IMG/VR virus record: IMGVR_UViG_3300010352_001202
DNA from: a virus
Lineage: Duplodnaviria; Caudoviricetes
Length of the DNA stretch: 64,000 nt
Direction: 5' to 3' (one strand)
Shown here: in pieces, positions 61,856-64,000 of the stretch
Layout of the letters: the number at the start of each line of letters is the position of its first letter
Position numbering within the stretch: position 1 is the stretch's first letter
Notes under the pieces: model-generated
What the model was told of the DNA's origin: nothing
Database searches by the model: none
Seen by the model: only the letters and a program-made list of their open reading frames with translations
Made by a program: the position numbers and the translations under genes

Positions 61856-64000
61856 TGTATGTAGACTGCCTCTTCAAACGTGGCGGTGATAGTGAAGTAA
61901 TCAAGGTTGTAGAAAGAGTAAACGGTAAACGAGTTTACCGTGAATTTCAGCCTGACTATCACTTCTTCATGAACGATCCACGCGGATCGCACAAATCCAT
62001 CTATGGCGACACAGTAAAGAAAGTGGTTCCACGATCTTTTACTGAAAAGCAAAAATTGGTAAAATCAATGTCGGGTAACGTAAAGAAATGGGAAACAGAC
62101 GTTGATCCCATTTTTCGTTGCCTTGAACAAAACTATCAGCATATTGATGCACCACATCTAAATATTGCATTTTTCGATATTGAAACCAGCTTTGATAAGG
62201 AATCAGGCTGGTCAGAAGCATCCGACGCAGATAACTTTATTACCTCTATTTCTATTCATCTACAATGGTTAGATGAAATCATTTGTTTGGCACTTCCACC
62301 AGAGACGCTTACGTGGGATGAGGCACAGGCTATTGCGGATGAAGTGGGTAATGTTGTATTGTTCAAGTCAGAAGGCGAAATGCTTCAGGCATTTATGGAT
62401 GTTGTAGAAGACGCAGACGTTCTTAGTGGTTGGAATAGTGAAGCATATGATATCCCGTACGTGGTAAATCGTATCAAGAAAGTCTTAGGTAAACACGAAG
62501 CAAGGAAACTATGCTTGTGGGAACAAGAGCCAAAGGTTAGAGAGTTTGATCGTGGTGGAAAAGTTCAAAACACATACGACTTGATTGGAAGGGTACACGT
62601 AGATTACCTCCAGCTTTACAAGAAATACAACTACGAAGAACGTCACTCCTATGCGCTGAATGCTATTGCAGAAATTGAGCTTGGTGAAAACAAGGTCCAG
62701 TACGAGGGAACACTGGACGAGTTGTACAACGATGACTTTAAGAAGTTCTTAGAGTACAACATTCAAGATACACGATTACTTGATAGATTAGATAAGAAGC
62801 TTGATTTTATTAGCCTGGCAAACTCTATTGCGCATTCCAGTTGCGTGTTAATTCAAACAACAATGGGTGCGGTAGCGGTAACTGACCAAAACGTACTAAT
62901 GGAAGCACACAGTAGAAATATGGTGTGTCCAGACAAGAAGCATAGCAAAGACGAAACGTCTACAAGAGCAGCAGGCGGCTGGGTTGCAACACCCAAAAAG
63001 GGATTTCATAAGTGGATCGCATCTACTGACATGAAGTCGCTATATCCATCTGTCATTAGAACGTTCAACATGAGTCCTGAAATGATTGTAGGGCAGATTA
63101 GACTTGATAGAACAAATCAAGCAATCAAAGATTGGGAAGCTAAGGGAGCGAAATATACATTTGCATCTTGGTGGAACGATAGATTCAATGTGCTCGAAAT
63201 GGAAGATTTTTACAATCAGGATATTGGCAACAAGCTTATTCTTGATATGGAAGATGGGCAATCATTTGAAGTTACAGGTAAGGAGCTATATGAACTAATT
63301 TTCAATAGTGGCCAACCTTGGTGTATTAGTGCAAACGGCACAATCTTCAAGACAGATACAGACGGTGTGATTCCGGGTCTATTAACTCGCTGGTACAGTG
63401 AGCGTAAGACACTACAGGCAATCATGACAAACTATCAAGACATCGAAGATAATGCTAAAATCGAAGGTATACAAATACCCGAAAGTTTGTTTACTAATGC
63501 AGATATTAGTGATGTTGAGACAAAGGCTAATCCCTATCTCGAATCTGAGGCATATAAGCCGAAAAAGCTAAAGGAACTAATTACAGAAGGGCATAAAAAG
63601 CGTGTTGTTCAGTACATGAATCAACACAACCTTATGGTTAAGGACGGTAAAGCTATCCACAGGGATCAGAAGGACCTAAAGCGTATTATCGGATTCTGGG
63701 ATAAACGCCAGCTGGTAAAGAAGATCAACCTGAACTCTGCATATGGCGCTTTGTTGAATGCAGGTAGCAGATTCTTCGATCAAAGATTAGGACAATCGAC
63801 TACATTGTCTGGTAGAACTATTACCAAGCACATGGCAGCTAAAACAAACGAAATGATGACGGGGGAATATGATCATTACGGTAAAGCCATCGTCTACGGG
63901 GACACCGATTCCTGCTATTTCTCTGCGTACCCTATTCTTAGAGAAGAAATCGAGCGTGGAGAAGTTGAGTGGACAAAGGAAAGTATTATTGAAACTTACA
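61855..64000 (+). CDS. Family B DNA polymerase (T4 gp43-like), truncated at window end
   Basis: Not in ORF track; TAATG start MYVDCLFKR; exonuclease FFDIET, GWNSEAYDIPY; polymerase STDMKSLYPS, KINLNSAYG, VYGDTDS. Confidence 0.95.
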   Translation, partial: MYVDCLFKRGGDSEVIKVVERVNGKRVYREFQPDYHFFMNDPRGSHKSIYGDTVKKVVPRSFTEKQKLVKSMSGNVKKWETDVDPIFRCLEQNYQHIDAPHLNIAFFDIETSFDKESGWSEASDADNFITSISIHLQWLDEIICLALPPETLTWDEAQAIADEVGNVVLFKSEGEMLQAFMDVVEDADVLSGWNSEAYDIPYVVNRIKKVLGKHEARKLCLWEQEPKVREFDRGGKVQNTYDLIGRVHVDYLQLYKKYNYEERHSYALNAIAEIELGENKVQYEGTLDELYNDDFKKFLEYNIQDTRLLDRLDKKLDFISLANSIAHSSCVLIQTTMGAVAVTDQNVLMEAHSRNMVCPDKKHSKDETSTRAAGGWVATPKKGFHKWIASTDMKSLYPSVIRTFNMSPEMIVGQIRLDRTNQAIKDWEAKGAKYTFASWWNDRFNVLEMEDFYNQDIGNKLILDMEDGQSFEVTGKELYELIFNSGQPWCISANGTIFKTDTDGVIPGLLTRWYSERKTLQAIMTNYQDIEDNAKIEGIQIPESLFTNADISDVETKANPYLESEAYKPKKLKELITEGHKKRVVQYMNQHNLMVKDGKAIHRDQKDLKRIIGFWDKRQLVKKINLNSAYGALLNAGSRFFDQRLGQSTTLSGRTITKHMAAKTNEMMTGEYDHYGKAIVYGDTDSCYFSAYPILREEIERGEVEWTKESIIETY

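Noticed and set aside
61852-63425. Short ORFs listed at the window end
   Set aside because: All lie within the open DNA polymerase frame starting at 61855, which the track omitted because it has no stop in the window
1-64000. Genome-wide stop-codon recoding
   Set aside because: Conserved genes are full length in code 11, and TAG/TGA end genes normally (e.g. 12616, 28737, 33971, 36105)

Overview
A 64-kb segment of a large lytic dsDNA bacteriophage (jumbo, T4-like/Rak2-type myovirus; host probably a Proteobacterium, inferred from gene content and not proven). It is densely coding, mostly on the + strand, and uses the standard genetic code. Contents: (i) replication and nucleotide genes (family-B DNA polymerase truncated at the window end, clamp loader, ATP-dependent DNA ligase, RNA ligase, ThyA, DEDDh exonuclease, MazG-like, HAD nucleotidase, a DnaE fragment); (ii) a near-complete host-like proteostasis set (ClpX, ClpP, ClpA, ClpS, DnaJ, Hsp20, GroES-like); (iii) translation genes (bS21, IF-1) and an aberrant tRNA-Ile; (iv) FolE and QueD, SufD-like and IscA-like proteins, YeaH-SpoVR, PhoH; (v) envelope enzymes (SleB, L,D-transpeptidase) and a membrane-anchored metacaspase; (vi) putative head-internal proteins and a ~13-kb tail-fibre/structural cluster; (vii) several GIY-YIG/HNH endonuclease genes. 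Two promoter classes are visible: sigma70-type TTGACA-17-TATAAT and a T4 late-type NATAAATA. The best candidates for undescribed biology are a ~480-nt highly structured, pseudoknotted non-coding RNA directly behind a small GIY-YIG-like nuclease with a basic tail; a stand-alone homologue of the T4 Gol peptide; promoter-embedded hairpins that appear to gate translation in both temporal directions (including the metacaspase); a tRNA with a 66-nt D-loop; and a ROSE-type thermometer on hsp20. All calls come from motif recognition by eye; no searches or folding programs were run.
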